Source of the DNA: Candidatus Hydrogenedentota bacterium
GTDB taxonomy: Bacteria > Hydrogenedentota > Hydrogenedentia > Hydrogenedentales > JAEUWI01
DNA: 64,000 nucleotides
Direction: 5' to 3'
NCBI GenBank assembly: GCA_034669905.1
Contig: JAXMOL010000032.1
Span: 25,097-89,096, forward strand
How positions within the stretch are numbered: the first letter of the stretch is position 1; each line of letters starts with the position of its first letter. Shown here in pieces: positions 8,864-16,923 of this stretch. The notes beneath the pieces were generated by a model. It worked only from the letters and a program-made list of their open reading frames with translations, was not told the origin of the DNA and made no database searches. Position numbers and translations under genes: made by a program.

Positions 8864-9061
8864 CTAGGCGCATTCCCGCTCCTCTACCGAGGACCCAAGA
8901 ATTCCTTTTGATACAGACACCGCCTCGCGGAGCAACCGTCTTACGTTGACCCCGACTTCTTGAGCCGTCTTCGCATCAACATCACCCGAGGCTCTTTCTA
9001 GCCAGGGTTGCAATTCTTCAATGACCCCGGTTATGTGACGGACCCTATCATTGACTTTCAT
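8864..9061 (-). CDS. Small hypothetical helical protein
   Basis: 65 aa; strong AAAGGAGG RBS. Confidence 0.6.
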   Translation of the reverse strand: MKVNDRVRHITGVIEELQPWLERASGDVDAKTAQEVGVNVRRLLREAVSVSKGILGSSVEERECA

Positions 9062-9081
9062 AATGCCTCCTTTCCTCAGTT

Positions 9082-9414
9082 CTAGGCCTTTTCAAGACTC
9101 TCGTTATCATCACTTATGCTCTCAGCCTTCCGACTGCGCTTTCGGGTAAAACGCGTCGGTGGCTCTTCATCCTCAAGTCGCTTAATTGGGAGCTTGCTTA
9201 TTACACCTCGTACCTTGTCCGGGTCAGCTCCAAACATTTCAATCAATGACTCTACTTGGTCAACATCCTGCCATAGCGCAATCAAACTCCGTTGCACGAC
9301 GAGTGACCGATTTAGTCCGACCGTGTCCGCGAAATTATCCAGCGCCTCTACGTAGTTCACCGGAAGTGAAATGCTCACGCTCACTTTTTCAACGATCTTG
9401 TCTCTCTTAGTCAT
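9082..9414 (-). CDS. CopG/ribbon-helix-helix-type regulator
   Basis: VSVSISLP...EALDNFA..VGLNRSLVVQRSL matches the RHH pattern; AGGAGG RBS. Confidence 0.75.
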   Translation of the reverse strand: MTKRDKIVEKVSVSISLPVNYVEALDNFADTVGLNRSLVVQRSLIALWQDVDQVESLIEMFGADPDKVRGVISKLPIKRLEDEEPPTRFTRKRSRKAESISDDNESLEKA

Positions 9415-9498
9415 ATTGACCTCCTAAACGCGACTGGTCTTTTCGGTTTTTGTATCGCCTCTCGGCTTTCTGTTTTGGATTGCCAGTTCGCTTAGGCA

Positions 9499-9527
9499 AT
9501 TATCGTATATTTTTAAAAAATATGCAA
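9499..9527 (-). promoter_or_regulatory. Sigma70 promoter of the element's replication operon with an internal palindrome
   Basis: TTGCAT-N17-GATAAT on the minus strand; ATATTTTT-A-AAAAATAT palindrome (9507-9523) over the spacer. Confidence 0.6.
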
Positions 9528-9542
9528 TAAGTTTATTCGAGA

Positions 9543-10598
9543 CTATCCGAATCTATCTATGTCCTCGTCGTACTCCTGCAGCCCCGCATAGTGCTTGGCG
9601 GTCACATCAACCGAGCTATGGCCCATCCATTTGGAAATCTTGTAAATGCTCGTTCCCGCAATCGCGTGTTGGCTCCCGAAAGTATGCCGCATCAGCTGGA
9701 AGGTCGCCCGGGGAACGCCGGCAGTCTTCGCAATGGTCGCGAAGCTCTTGCGAGGGTCATAGCGATACCGATACTTCCCCTCATTCGGACGTGAGCTGGT
9801 CAACAAGTACCCTTCTCCCCCGTCCTGTTCTCCCAATACTTCATGTATCCGTGAACTCAAGGGGACCGAACGTTCCTCGCTGTCCTTTATTTCGAAGCCA
9901 TTGCTATTGCGGACTCGCAGGAGTTTGTTTTCGAAGTCGAACCACTCCCAACGCGCACAGACGATTTCCTTCTTTCGGAGGCCGCAATAGATGCCTAGCA
10001 GGCATACCCAGTGCAACTGACGACTGTGTTCTTCCGCCGCGAGAAGCAGCTTCCCGATTTCATCTTGACTGAGAAAATCCGGCGTGCTCTTTGGAATCTT
10101 GAACCGAGCGACGTTTAGCACAGGATTCGTGCCGTTGAAAAGCCCGAGTTTCAGGGCGTGATTGTAAATGGCCTGTAGGTGCCTGAGCGCATCATTAATT
10201 GATTCATCCGCCAGCGGCCTCCCACGCATTCCCTTGCGTTTTAATATAGACTTGAATCGCTCGATATCCCGTGGCCGAACATCGCCCAATCGCTTCGCAC
10301 CAGTGAACTCCAACAATTGACGCCAGTAGTTCTTTTCAATCGCGATGGTGGATTCTCGCTTGTGCTGTTCTGCCCAGGCGAAGTACTCACGCTCGAATTC
10401 TTCCACTTCTGGATTACGTGACTCCCGGAGAAAACTCCCTGTATCACGCCGGTATTCGGCGATGCGTTCCTGACGGACGAACTCCGCATCCCGCTTCCTT
10501 TCGACGCCTAAGGATTCCCATTCTGTCCGCTTGTCCAGGCGGTACTTCCACCACCAGACCCGGCCACGCTTGATTAGTGTTCCGTTCGTTATCCCCAT
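9543..10598 (-). CDS. Tyrosine recombinase/integrase
   Basis: GLRKKE (Arg I), FQLMRHT (H-x-x-R with Gln at the first position), MGHSS and KHYA (catalytic Tyr); N-terminal arm-binding-like beta domain. Confidence 0.95.
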   Translation of the reverse strand: MGITNGTLIKRGRVWWWKYRLDKRTEWESLGVERKRDAEFVRQERIAEYRRDTGSFLRESRNPEVEEFEREYFAWAEQHKRESTIAIEKNYWRQLLEFTGAKRLGDVRPRDIERFKSILKRKGMRGRPLADESINDALRHLQAIYNHALKLGLFNGTNPVLNVARFKIPKSTPDFLSQDEIGKLLLAAEEHSRQLHWVCLLGIYCGLRKKEIVCARWEWFDFENKLLRVRNSNGFEIKDSEERSVPLSSRIHEVLGEQDGGEGYLLTSSRPNEGKYRYRYDPRKSFATIAKTAGVPRATFQLMRHTFGSQHAIAGTSIYKISKWMGHSSVDVTAKHYAGLQEYDEDIDRFG

Positions 10599-10617
10599 CG
10601 CTCTACGGCCTCACCGG

Positions 10618-10637
10618 TTGTCGCAAAATGGTTGCAA
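10618..10637. promoter_or_regulatory. Candidate integrase arm-type binding sites (right)
   Basis: TTGTCGCAAAATGGTTGCAA, 17/20 identical to 4183-4202. Confidence 0.6.
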
Positions 10638-10653
10638 TTTTCGCCAAAAACAC

Positions 10654-10693
10654 AAAAAAGGCCCAACGAGTTATGTACTAACTCGTTGAGCCT
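10654..10693 (-). terminator. Element-borne replacement terminator downstream of tRNA-Arg
   Basis: 15-bp stem (10659-10673/10679-10693, one G-U pair in the transcript) followed by U6. Confidence 0.8.
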
Positions 10694-10705
10694 GAAATAC
10701 TTAAA

Positions 10706-10782
10706 TGGCGCGCCCGACAGGATTCGAACCTGTGGCCTCTTGCTCCGGAGGCAAGCGCTCTATCCAGCTGAGCTACGGGCGC
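10706..10782 (-). tRNA. tRNA-Arg (anticodon CCG)
   Basis: 77-nt cloverleaf GCGCCCGTAGCTCAGCTGGATAGAGCG-CTTGC-CTCCGGA-GCAAG...GGTTCGAATCC...CGCGCCA with encoded CCA. Confidence 0.97.
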
Positions 10783-10992
10783 CAAAGGGAGCCGTATAGT
10801 AGCATGGTGAATGGGAGCGTGTCTACTTTCCGTGGGGTCTTTTCGCGTTGCCCGGTGTTCGAGTGCGACTTGGCGGATGAACACACCTTCCGCGGTGGCC
10901 GTGGCGTCGGGAAGGTAGGGGACACGAATCACCGGCGCCCATCGGGCCTTTTCCGGAGGCTGACGAACACGCCGGGGCGTTCGCCGTTACTT

Positions 10993-13977
10993 TCAGGCGA
11001 CGTGCTGTTTGGCGAGGGCTGTTTCAATGACCTGAAGCAATTGGGCCATGTTGAAGGGCTTACGCAGGATATCGCGTACGCCACTGCCGGAAGCTTCCCC
11101 TATCTCCAGGTTGGAGGTAGGCCCGGCCAGCATAATTACGGAGAGGTGGGGCTTGCGCTTTTGAATCTCGTCGACGAGGGCCTGGGGCGTATTTACGCCT
11201 GGAATGGCGCCATCAAGCAACACCAGATCCACCGGATTGGCAATAACTTCGGCAAGGGCTTCCAAGCCGTCTGCTGCGGTGCAAACGGTGTAGCCACGAT
11301 TCTGGAGGGCTTCGGTCAGCACGTCGCCCAGCGCGGGATCATCGTCTACCAGCAGAATCCGGCTATCGGGCTTGCCACTGGCTTGTGGCCGTGGCCGCAC
11401 CGGTGCGGGCGCGGGGGCTGACGCGGCGGGAGGGCGTTCTGCTGTCGGTGCCGGTGGAGTGGCTACCGGGGACGCGGGCTGCCATGCCGGCGCTTCGGCG
11501 GTGGCAAAACCGGGTACCTCTGGCGTACGCTCCCGACGGGTGTCTGGCGCACTATCGAAGGGGGAAATCTGCTCTCTGGGCGCTTCCGGCACGGGTCTGG
11601 GTGCGGCTGCGACGGGTTCGGGTGTCGCGGGCTTCGGCGCGGCGGGATGCGCTGACTCCGCCGTTGATACGGCACTTCGGCGCCGTGCTTCTGCATCGTC
11701 TTGCAGGGCCGCTGCCACTTCGGGCACCAATCGGGGGTGTTCGGCTCGGGAAGGGGATTCCAACGGAGGCCGGGTACCGACCGCTATGGCTTCGGCGGGA
11801 CGGGCCACGGCTTCGTCAATCCGGGTCTCCACTTTGTCGGTGGAAATGGGCAGGGCGACGGTACACGTGGTCCCTATCCCTTCCTGACTGTGAAGGGTAA
11901 TTGAACCCCGGTGGGCTTCGATAATTCCATGGCAAACCGCGAGGCCCATTCCCGTACCCTCGGCGCCTGGCTGGGTGGTAAAGAAGGGCTCGAAGACCTT
12001 GTCCATAATATCGGCGGCAATACCCTGCCCCGTATCGATAATCTGTACAAGTACGGCGGTGCGGTCTTGATTGGGTCGCACCCGAACGGTGAGCTTGTCA
12101 CCCTGACGGGTCATGGCCTGTTCCGCGTTCTTCAGCAGGTTCTGGAAGACCTGGTCGAGTTGCATACGGTCTACAGGAATCTGCGGGAGATCCTGGGCGT
12201 ATTCTTCGACCAGTTGAATGCCTTCTTCGGACAATTTCTGACGCACACGGTCCACCGAGGTCTTCACCAGATAGCTCAGGCGATTGGGCATGAGCTGGGG
12301 CGGATTCGGGCGGGCGAACTGGAGCAGGTCGCGCAGGATGCCACAGGCCCGTTGGCTGTGTTCCACGATGACTTCCAGGGCTTTGCGGTCCTCGGGGCGC
12401 TCCGTGTTGGCGAGCAGCATCTGGGCCTTGCCGGAAATCACCGCAAGCGGGTTGTTGATCTCGTGGGCCGCGCCAGCAGCCATTTTCCCAACACTGATGA
12501 GGCGTTCGGTGCGCCGGTCATGGCGGTGGCTGAGTTCCTGCTTCCATACGGCCGCCGCGAGCGACTCCGCTTCGTCGTAGACACCGCGGACGGCGCGACA
12601 ACGTGCGAGCGCGGCACCGGCGCTCTTTACGAAACGCATGAGATCACTCAGAAAACTATCGGAGAGGTTGGGCGAATTTGCCCCCCCCCTGAAAATCAAC
12701 TGGCCCAGGCTACGGCTGCCATCCAACAACGGCAGGGCGATAAAGCCATGTCGATGGGCGGGTCCGGTCATATCTTTCGCGGTGACACCACTTTTTTCCA
12801 ACGTGCCAATAAGCGAATCCAGGGACTTTCCATCGTCTGCTTCCCCACTGGCATCCTTGCCATAGACGCTCTCCGGCTCTTCTTCCAGACTGCGCCAACG
12901 GAGCACCACGGAGGTGTCGCTCGCCTGATCGGTCAGATAGCACAAGCCGACCGGAATTGCGAAGGCCTTGCGAAGACCATCGACAAATACCGCAAGCTGC
13001 GCTGCGGGGGCCATGCCGGGCAACATCCGCTCATGCAAGGTGCACAGGGACTCATAGTAATTTCGTTCAAAGCGAAGGCGCGACGATTCCGTACGCGATT
13101 CCGTCGTGGCGGGCGTTTCCGCGGGTAAGGTATCCGAGCTGTCGGACGGCGTGGAATTGGCCGTACCATCCCGGAGTAATTCCAGCACGTCGACCCGCTC
13201 CATCCCCAGCCGCAAATAGCGCTGCTCATCGAGGGACGCCACCCGCTCCTGGGGTGGCGACTCCAGGGCATCACCATGGGCGAGGAAATTCGCCAGGGAT
13301 ACGATCTCGATCAATTCAATGGGATAGGGTGTGGCGTCCAGCGTTCCTGGGGGATGGTGGTGAAGCCAAATGGTCGATACCACCGAGGCCGGTGCGCCCC
13401 AGGCATCGGCGAGCCATTTACCGGCCACCGTATGATCCGCCCCTAACTCACGGCGTTCGGCTTCCAGGGCGTAGAGCCCCTGCTGCCGTACGAGTTCCAG
13501 GGCGCGGGTAAAGCCACCCGGAGTAACGCGATCGAGGGCGGGCTTGCCAATATCGTGGAGCAAGCCTGCCACATACGCAAGGGGCTGGTATCGGCTCTCA
13601 ATCTTTCGGGCGATGCGGTCCGCATAGCCCGCCACAGAAAAGGCATGGGCCCAGAAGGCTTTCATATCGAGGCCGTGGCTGCGTGACCCGTCAAAAAGTG
13701 CAGGAGCCACCCGCTTAAAGGTCAGCTCCACGACCCGGGACAAGCCCAGGGCCTTCAGGCGATCTTCGAGGGGCGTCCCTTCCGGGCAGTGACACTCGTC
13801 GGCGGAAGCGGCCAGAAACTGACGCATCATGGCTTCGTCAAACTCGGCGATCGCGGCCAACTCGCTCCAGTTCACCGTCCCGGCATCGAGCGACGAGAGG
13901 ATCTCGCGCGCAATGTGGGGCAGCACGGGCAGTTGCTGCAATGAGCTTATTCGCTGTTTGACGTCAGAATTTGTCAT
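10993..13977 (-). CDS. HDOD-domain hybrid histidine kinase (HDOD-GAF-like-HisKA-HATPase-Pro/Ala linker-REC)
   Basis: LPVLP, AGLLHDIGK, LHHHP (HDOD); AHEINNPL H-box; DTGQGI and GTGMGL; C-terminal receiver. Start could be 13977 or 13989. Confidence 0.85.
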   Translation of the reverse strand: MTNSDVKQRISSLQQLPVLPHIAREILSSLDAGTVNWSELAAIAEFDEAMMRQFLAASADECHCPEGTPLEDRLKALGLSRVVELTFKRVAPALFDGSRSHGLDMKAFWAHAFSVAGYADRIARKIESRYQPLAYVAGLLHDIGKPALDRVTPGGFTRALELVRQQGLYALEAERRELGADHTVAGKWLADAWGAPASVVSTIWLHHHPPGTLDATPYPIELIEIVSLANFLAHGDALESPPQERVASLDEQRYLRLGMERVDVLELLRDGTANSTPSDSSDTLPAETPATTESRTESSRLRFERNYYESLCTLHERMLPGMAPAAQLAVFVDGLRKAFAIPVGLCYLTDQASDTSVVLRWRSLEEEPESVYGKDASGEADDGKSLDSLIGTLEKSGVTAKDMTGPAHRHGFIALPLLDGSRSLGQLIFRGGANSPNLSDSFLSDLMRFVKSAGAALARCRAVRGVYDEAESLAAAVWKQELSHRHDRRTERLISVGKMAAGAAHEINNPLAVISGKAQMLLANTERPEDRKALEVIVEHSQRACGILRDLLQFARPNPPQLMPNRLSYLVKTSVDRVRQKLSEEGIQLVEEYAQDLPQIPVDRMQLDQVFQNLLKNAEQAMTRQGDKLTVRVRPNQDRTAVLVQIIDTGQGIAADIMDKVFEPFFTTQPGAEGTGMGLAVCHGIIEAHRGSITLHSQEGIGTTCTVALPISTDKVETRIDEAVARPAEAIAVGTRPPLESPSRAEHPRLVPEVAAALQDDAEARRRSAVSTAESAHPAAPKPATPEPVAAAPRPVPEAPREQISPFDSAPDTRRERTPEVPGFATAEAPAWQPASPVATPPAPTAERPPAASAPAPAPVRPRPQASGKPDSRILLVDDDPALGDVLTEALQNRGYTVCTAADGLEALAEVIANPVDLVLLDGAIPGVNTPQALVDEIQKRKPHLSVIMLAGPTSNLEIGEASGSGVRDILRKPFNMAQLLQVIETALAKQHVA

Positions 13978-14078
13978 GGCCTCTTGCATCACAACGAGTC
14001 GAATGGGTGTGTTGAAGTGCTCTAAGGCGTTCACCCTACAACACATTCGTGCAGTTCGCTCGTGTGACTCTTTGCCTA

Positions 14079-14119
14079 CTATATCATGTATGGTCGATAA
14101 TCACCAACACAATATATAG
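14079..14119. promoter_or_regulatory. Tandem NrdR-box-like motifs (31-bp spacing)
   Basis: CTATATCATG (14079) and CAATATATAG (14110) upstream of the HDOD kinase. Confidence 0.4.
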
Positions 14120-14268
14120 ATGGCAAATGGAGTCCATCCGCACCCCTGCTTCGCACACACATTCCCCAGGTATCGCTTCATTCCCATGTCTTCGCACCAC
14201 TATAATAGCAGGATTTTCCTGATAAGTGTCAACTTTCTGTCGATCGATTACCCTATACCGACCGGTAG

Positions 14269-15546
14269 CTAATCTTTCGCCGCGCTGAAGTCCCTCGAAA
14301 ACGTGGCTACCCGGGACGCCTTCGATGGCTGAGTTTGGTAATCGGGCAGCAATTCCATCACGCGCACGCGATGACGTCGGAGGGACCACAAGATCCGCCG
14401 GTAGCCTTCCGATTCCTGATCCTCCAGCGCCAACTCCACCAATCGTCGCAGGACCCGGTCATCCTTGTCAACCATAGCAGACAATCCGTAATACACGGCG
14501 GCCTGTCGTACAGCGGGCTCCTCATCCTCCGCGAGGTAAAGGGCCAGATCGATGGCCTCCGCCGTGGGCTCCCGGACTGCCCCAATCCACCGTTCGCCGA
14601 CCATTCTGGCGGTTTGCGCACGGACCTCGGGGTCGGCATCTGCACTGCATTGCGCGAAGGCCGAAACGTGGGAATCATCCATGATGAGGGCAATATGCTC
14701 CCGTGCGATCAGTTCGAGCACTTCACGGCGCGTTTTGGAATTCCCTGTGTGCAGTGCCGCAGTCAGCGATGCCAACTGGTCACCCCAGCTTGCCTGGGCG
14801 GCTTCGCGGCGTTTGGCGGTGGCCCACGTAACGGCTTTCAGTTCCCGGGCCAGGATTTTCCGTACGGCCTCCGCCTTCTCCCGAATGGCAGGATCCGAAT
14901 CGGTCTCGTAGGGCACGAGGAACGACGCCGCCTGCTCCCGCTGCTTTCCCACCCCCCAGGTAATGCGACTGAGGTCGTTGGGGTCATCGACCCGCATGGA
15001 AATATCCACGAGCGTCCGGAGTATGGCGTCCGTCTTCGGCCGTACGACCGCGAGTCCGAAATAGATGGCAGGCCCCCGTGTGCCGTAGCGGTCTTCGTTG
15101 ATTTCATTGCAGGTGGCCGCGTGGTACATGAGCTCGATAGCGGCGGGATGCTGAGGCGACTTCCCCCAGATGAAGGTATTTCCGACCCAGCGGAGAAGGG
15201 GCACCGGCGACCGGGGATAGCGGCGTAGTCCCTGGCGAACGCGCGCCAGGTCGTCGTCATTGCCTGCAGCATTCCCATCCCGCTGTGCCCACCAGACGGC
15301 CAGCGCCTCGGCCCCTTTGGCGTCATCGGGAAAATAGGCCTCAAAATCAGGGGCCTGGTACGGGTCACTGCTGTTCCAGGCATAGCACACCTCGGCCGGC
15401 TTCTCGGCCCCTGGGGCGGCTCCGTCAACCTGAGCGGCCCCTGCGACAACGACCACTCCGCCCCAGCAACACCGTAGAAGTAGTCCCCGTGTCCATTCCC
15501 GAAATGGAGTGCTCATAGCATTGACCCTTCCTTCGATGGGCTTCAC
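14269..15546 (-). CDS. Exported HEAT-repeat protein
   Basis: Hydrophobic N-terminal segment; repeats DSDPAIREKA, DADPEVRAQTA, DEEPAVRQAAV; start uncertain. Confidence 0.7.
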   Translation of the reverse strand: MKPIEGRVNAMSTPFREWTRGLLLRCCWGGVVVVAGAAQVDGAAPGAEKPAEVCYAWNSSDPYQAPDFEAYFPDDAKGAEALAVWWAQRDGNAAGNDDDLARVRQGLRRYPRSPVPLLRWVGNTFIWGKSPQHPAAIELMYHAATCNEINEDRYGTRGPAIYFGLAVVRPKTDAILRTLVDISMRVDDPNDLSRITWGVGKQREQAASFLVPYETDSDPAIREKAEAVRKILARELKAVTWATAKRREAAQASWGDQLASLTAALHTGNSKTRREVLELIAREHIALIMDDSHVSAFAQCSADADPEVRAQTARMVGERWIGAVREPTAEAIDLALYLAEDEEPAVRQAAVYYGLSAMVDKDDRVLRRLVELALEDQESEGYRRILWSLRRHRVRVMELLPDYQTQPSKASRVATFSRDFSAAKD

Positions 15547-15554
15547 TTCTTTCG

Positions 15555-16667
15555 CTACAACGCGATGGCGGCCACCAACGCACCGAGTAATTGTTCCACC
15601 ATCCGCATGGCCGGTCCCAGCGCCACACTACACAGGAACCAGGCCATAACAAAACCACACCCCCCTTCCAAACGAAGCGGAAATCGGGCGGCGATCATCA
15701 GTAGTTTGATGACGAACGTGACAAAAAAGGCCATCACCATCAGAATACTCGCCATCGGACCGAAGACCCCGAAATGGGCAGCCCCCAACGTAACCAGACT
15801 ATTCATCACGGCAAAGGCGATACCCAAATAGATGACAGGGCGCAAATTGTCCCATTTGTCCTCATAGAGCAGGTCAAGCAACGCGAGCGTCACGTAGAGC
15901 CCCAACCCCTGACCCAAGGCACTCGCCACAAAACCGAAGCCCTTGACCACCCACATCCAGGCAATCGGGAGTTCTTGTGCCCGCGCCCGATCCGGGGCAA
16001 AAATCTGGGCTACCCAGTACTCGACAGGGAGGAGCGTGACCGCGATGACGGCAATAGCGCCGCAGGCGGCGAGGACGAGGAGGCCCTTCTTGTTCTCTTC
16101 CCATTTACTGGGGACCTTTTCCGTCGCCTGCACGATTGGACGGGGTGCGTCGGGCCGCATCATATCGCGCCGTTCACGGAACGTCGGGACCTTATAGGTA
16201 TCATCGGCCCGGGCGGCACACAAATGGCATACGTCGCCATCATGGCGGGGATTCCGATCCCAATCCCCACGAAAAGCCTTGCCACATCGGGCACAGGCCC
16301 CATGGCCCCCTTCCGCAGCGGCTTCCCGAACCCCTTCGGACCAAACCCGCGGGGCTCCCGCGGCCACTGGGACGGATGGAATGCTTTCTTCTGGTGCTTC
16401 CGAGGGAGTGGGACTCTCAAAACTGTTTATCGTCGCGTCGGGCCCCTCCGCACCTCCGTCACCGAAGGCGTCGGAAGGCACTTCCGGTACAAATGACTCG
16501 ACCAGGAGCTCGGCTTCCGGAAGATGCAATGCCTTCCCGCAGGCCAAACACAGCTTCGCCTCGCCATATCCAAAGACAGCCAAATCGTTTCGCTGTCCAC
16601 ACTCACATACGACCGCTCGCCCCAAGGCAACGTACTCCCAATCCTGCGGTGCGATGAAATTGTCCAA
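15555..16667 (-). CDS. Membrane protein with N-terminal zinc-ribbon motifs
   Basis: CECG...CLACG and CARCG...CHLC; several C-terminal TM helices. Confidence 0.7.
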   Translation of the reverse strand: MDNFIAPQDWEYVALGRAVVCECGQRNDLAVFGYGEAKLCLACGKALHLPEAELLVESFVPEVPSDAFGDGGAEGPDATINSFESPTPSEAPEESIPSVPVAAGAPRVWSEGVREAAAEGGHGACARCGKAFRGDWDRNPRHDGDVCHLCAARADDTYKVPTFRERRDMMRPDAPRPIVQATEKVPSKWEENKKGLLVLAACGAIAVIAVTLLPVEYWVAQIFAPDRARAQELPIAWMWVVKGFGFVASALGQGLGLYVTLALLDLLYEDKWDNLRPVIYLGIAFAVMNSLVTLGAAHFGVFGPMASILMVMAFFVTFVIKLLMIAARFPLRLEGGCGFVMAWFLCSVALGPAMRMVEQLLGALVAAIAL

Positions 16668-16923
16668 TGCCTATCCGGCCTCAAGTAGTCGGATAGCCAC
16701 CATCGACACCACCCTAACCATACACTGTGCCCACCCGATCTATTCAAGGATGCCACGAAGCCCCGCCCCTGCCATCTTCCTGGACCCCGATCAGGCGGCG
16801 TTTGGTCGCCCATGAAAAACGATTTTTATAGTTGCAATTGATCAGATCGCCAGCGTAGCATCATTGTAGGTATTGATCACTTCGAAGCAATCGGTTTCAT
16901 ACCGACCAAAGGGAGCACGCGGC

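Larger units (their letters stand above)
4015..10753. mobile_element. ~6.7-kb integrative element (integrase + Rep_trans; IME/satellite-like) in tRNA-Arg(CCG)
   Basis: Flanking 56-bp att repeats, integrase adjacent to the tRNA, rolling-circle initiator, excisionase-like gene, visibly lower GC than the flanks. Confidence 0.93.

Noticed and set aside
9672..9700. Integrase inactivation (H-x-x-R reads Q-L-M-R)
   Set aside because: The first His is the most variable catalytic residue in tyrosine recombinases; both Arg residues, the second His and the Tyr are intact.
4071..10697. Complete prophage or inovirus
   Set aside because: No terminase, capsid, Zot-like ATPase or small TM coat proteins are recognisable.
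10678..11421. ORFs 10678-10932 and 10705-11421
   Set aside because: They run through the tRNA gene and/or antisense to the kinase; translation artefacts.
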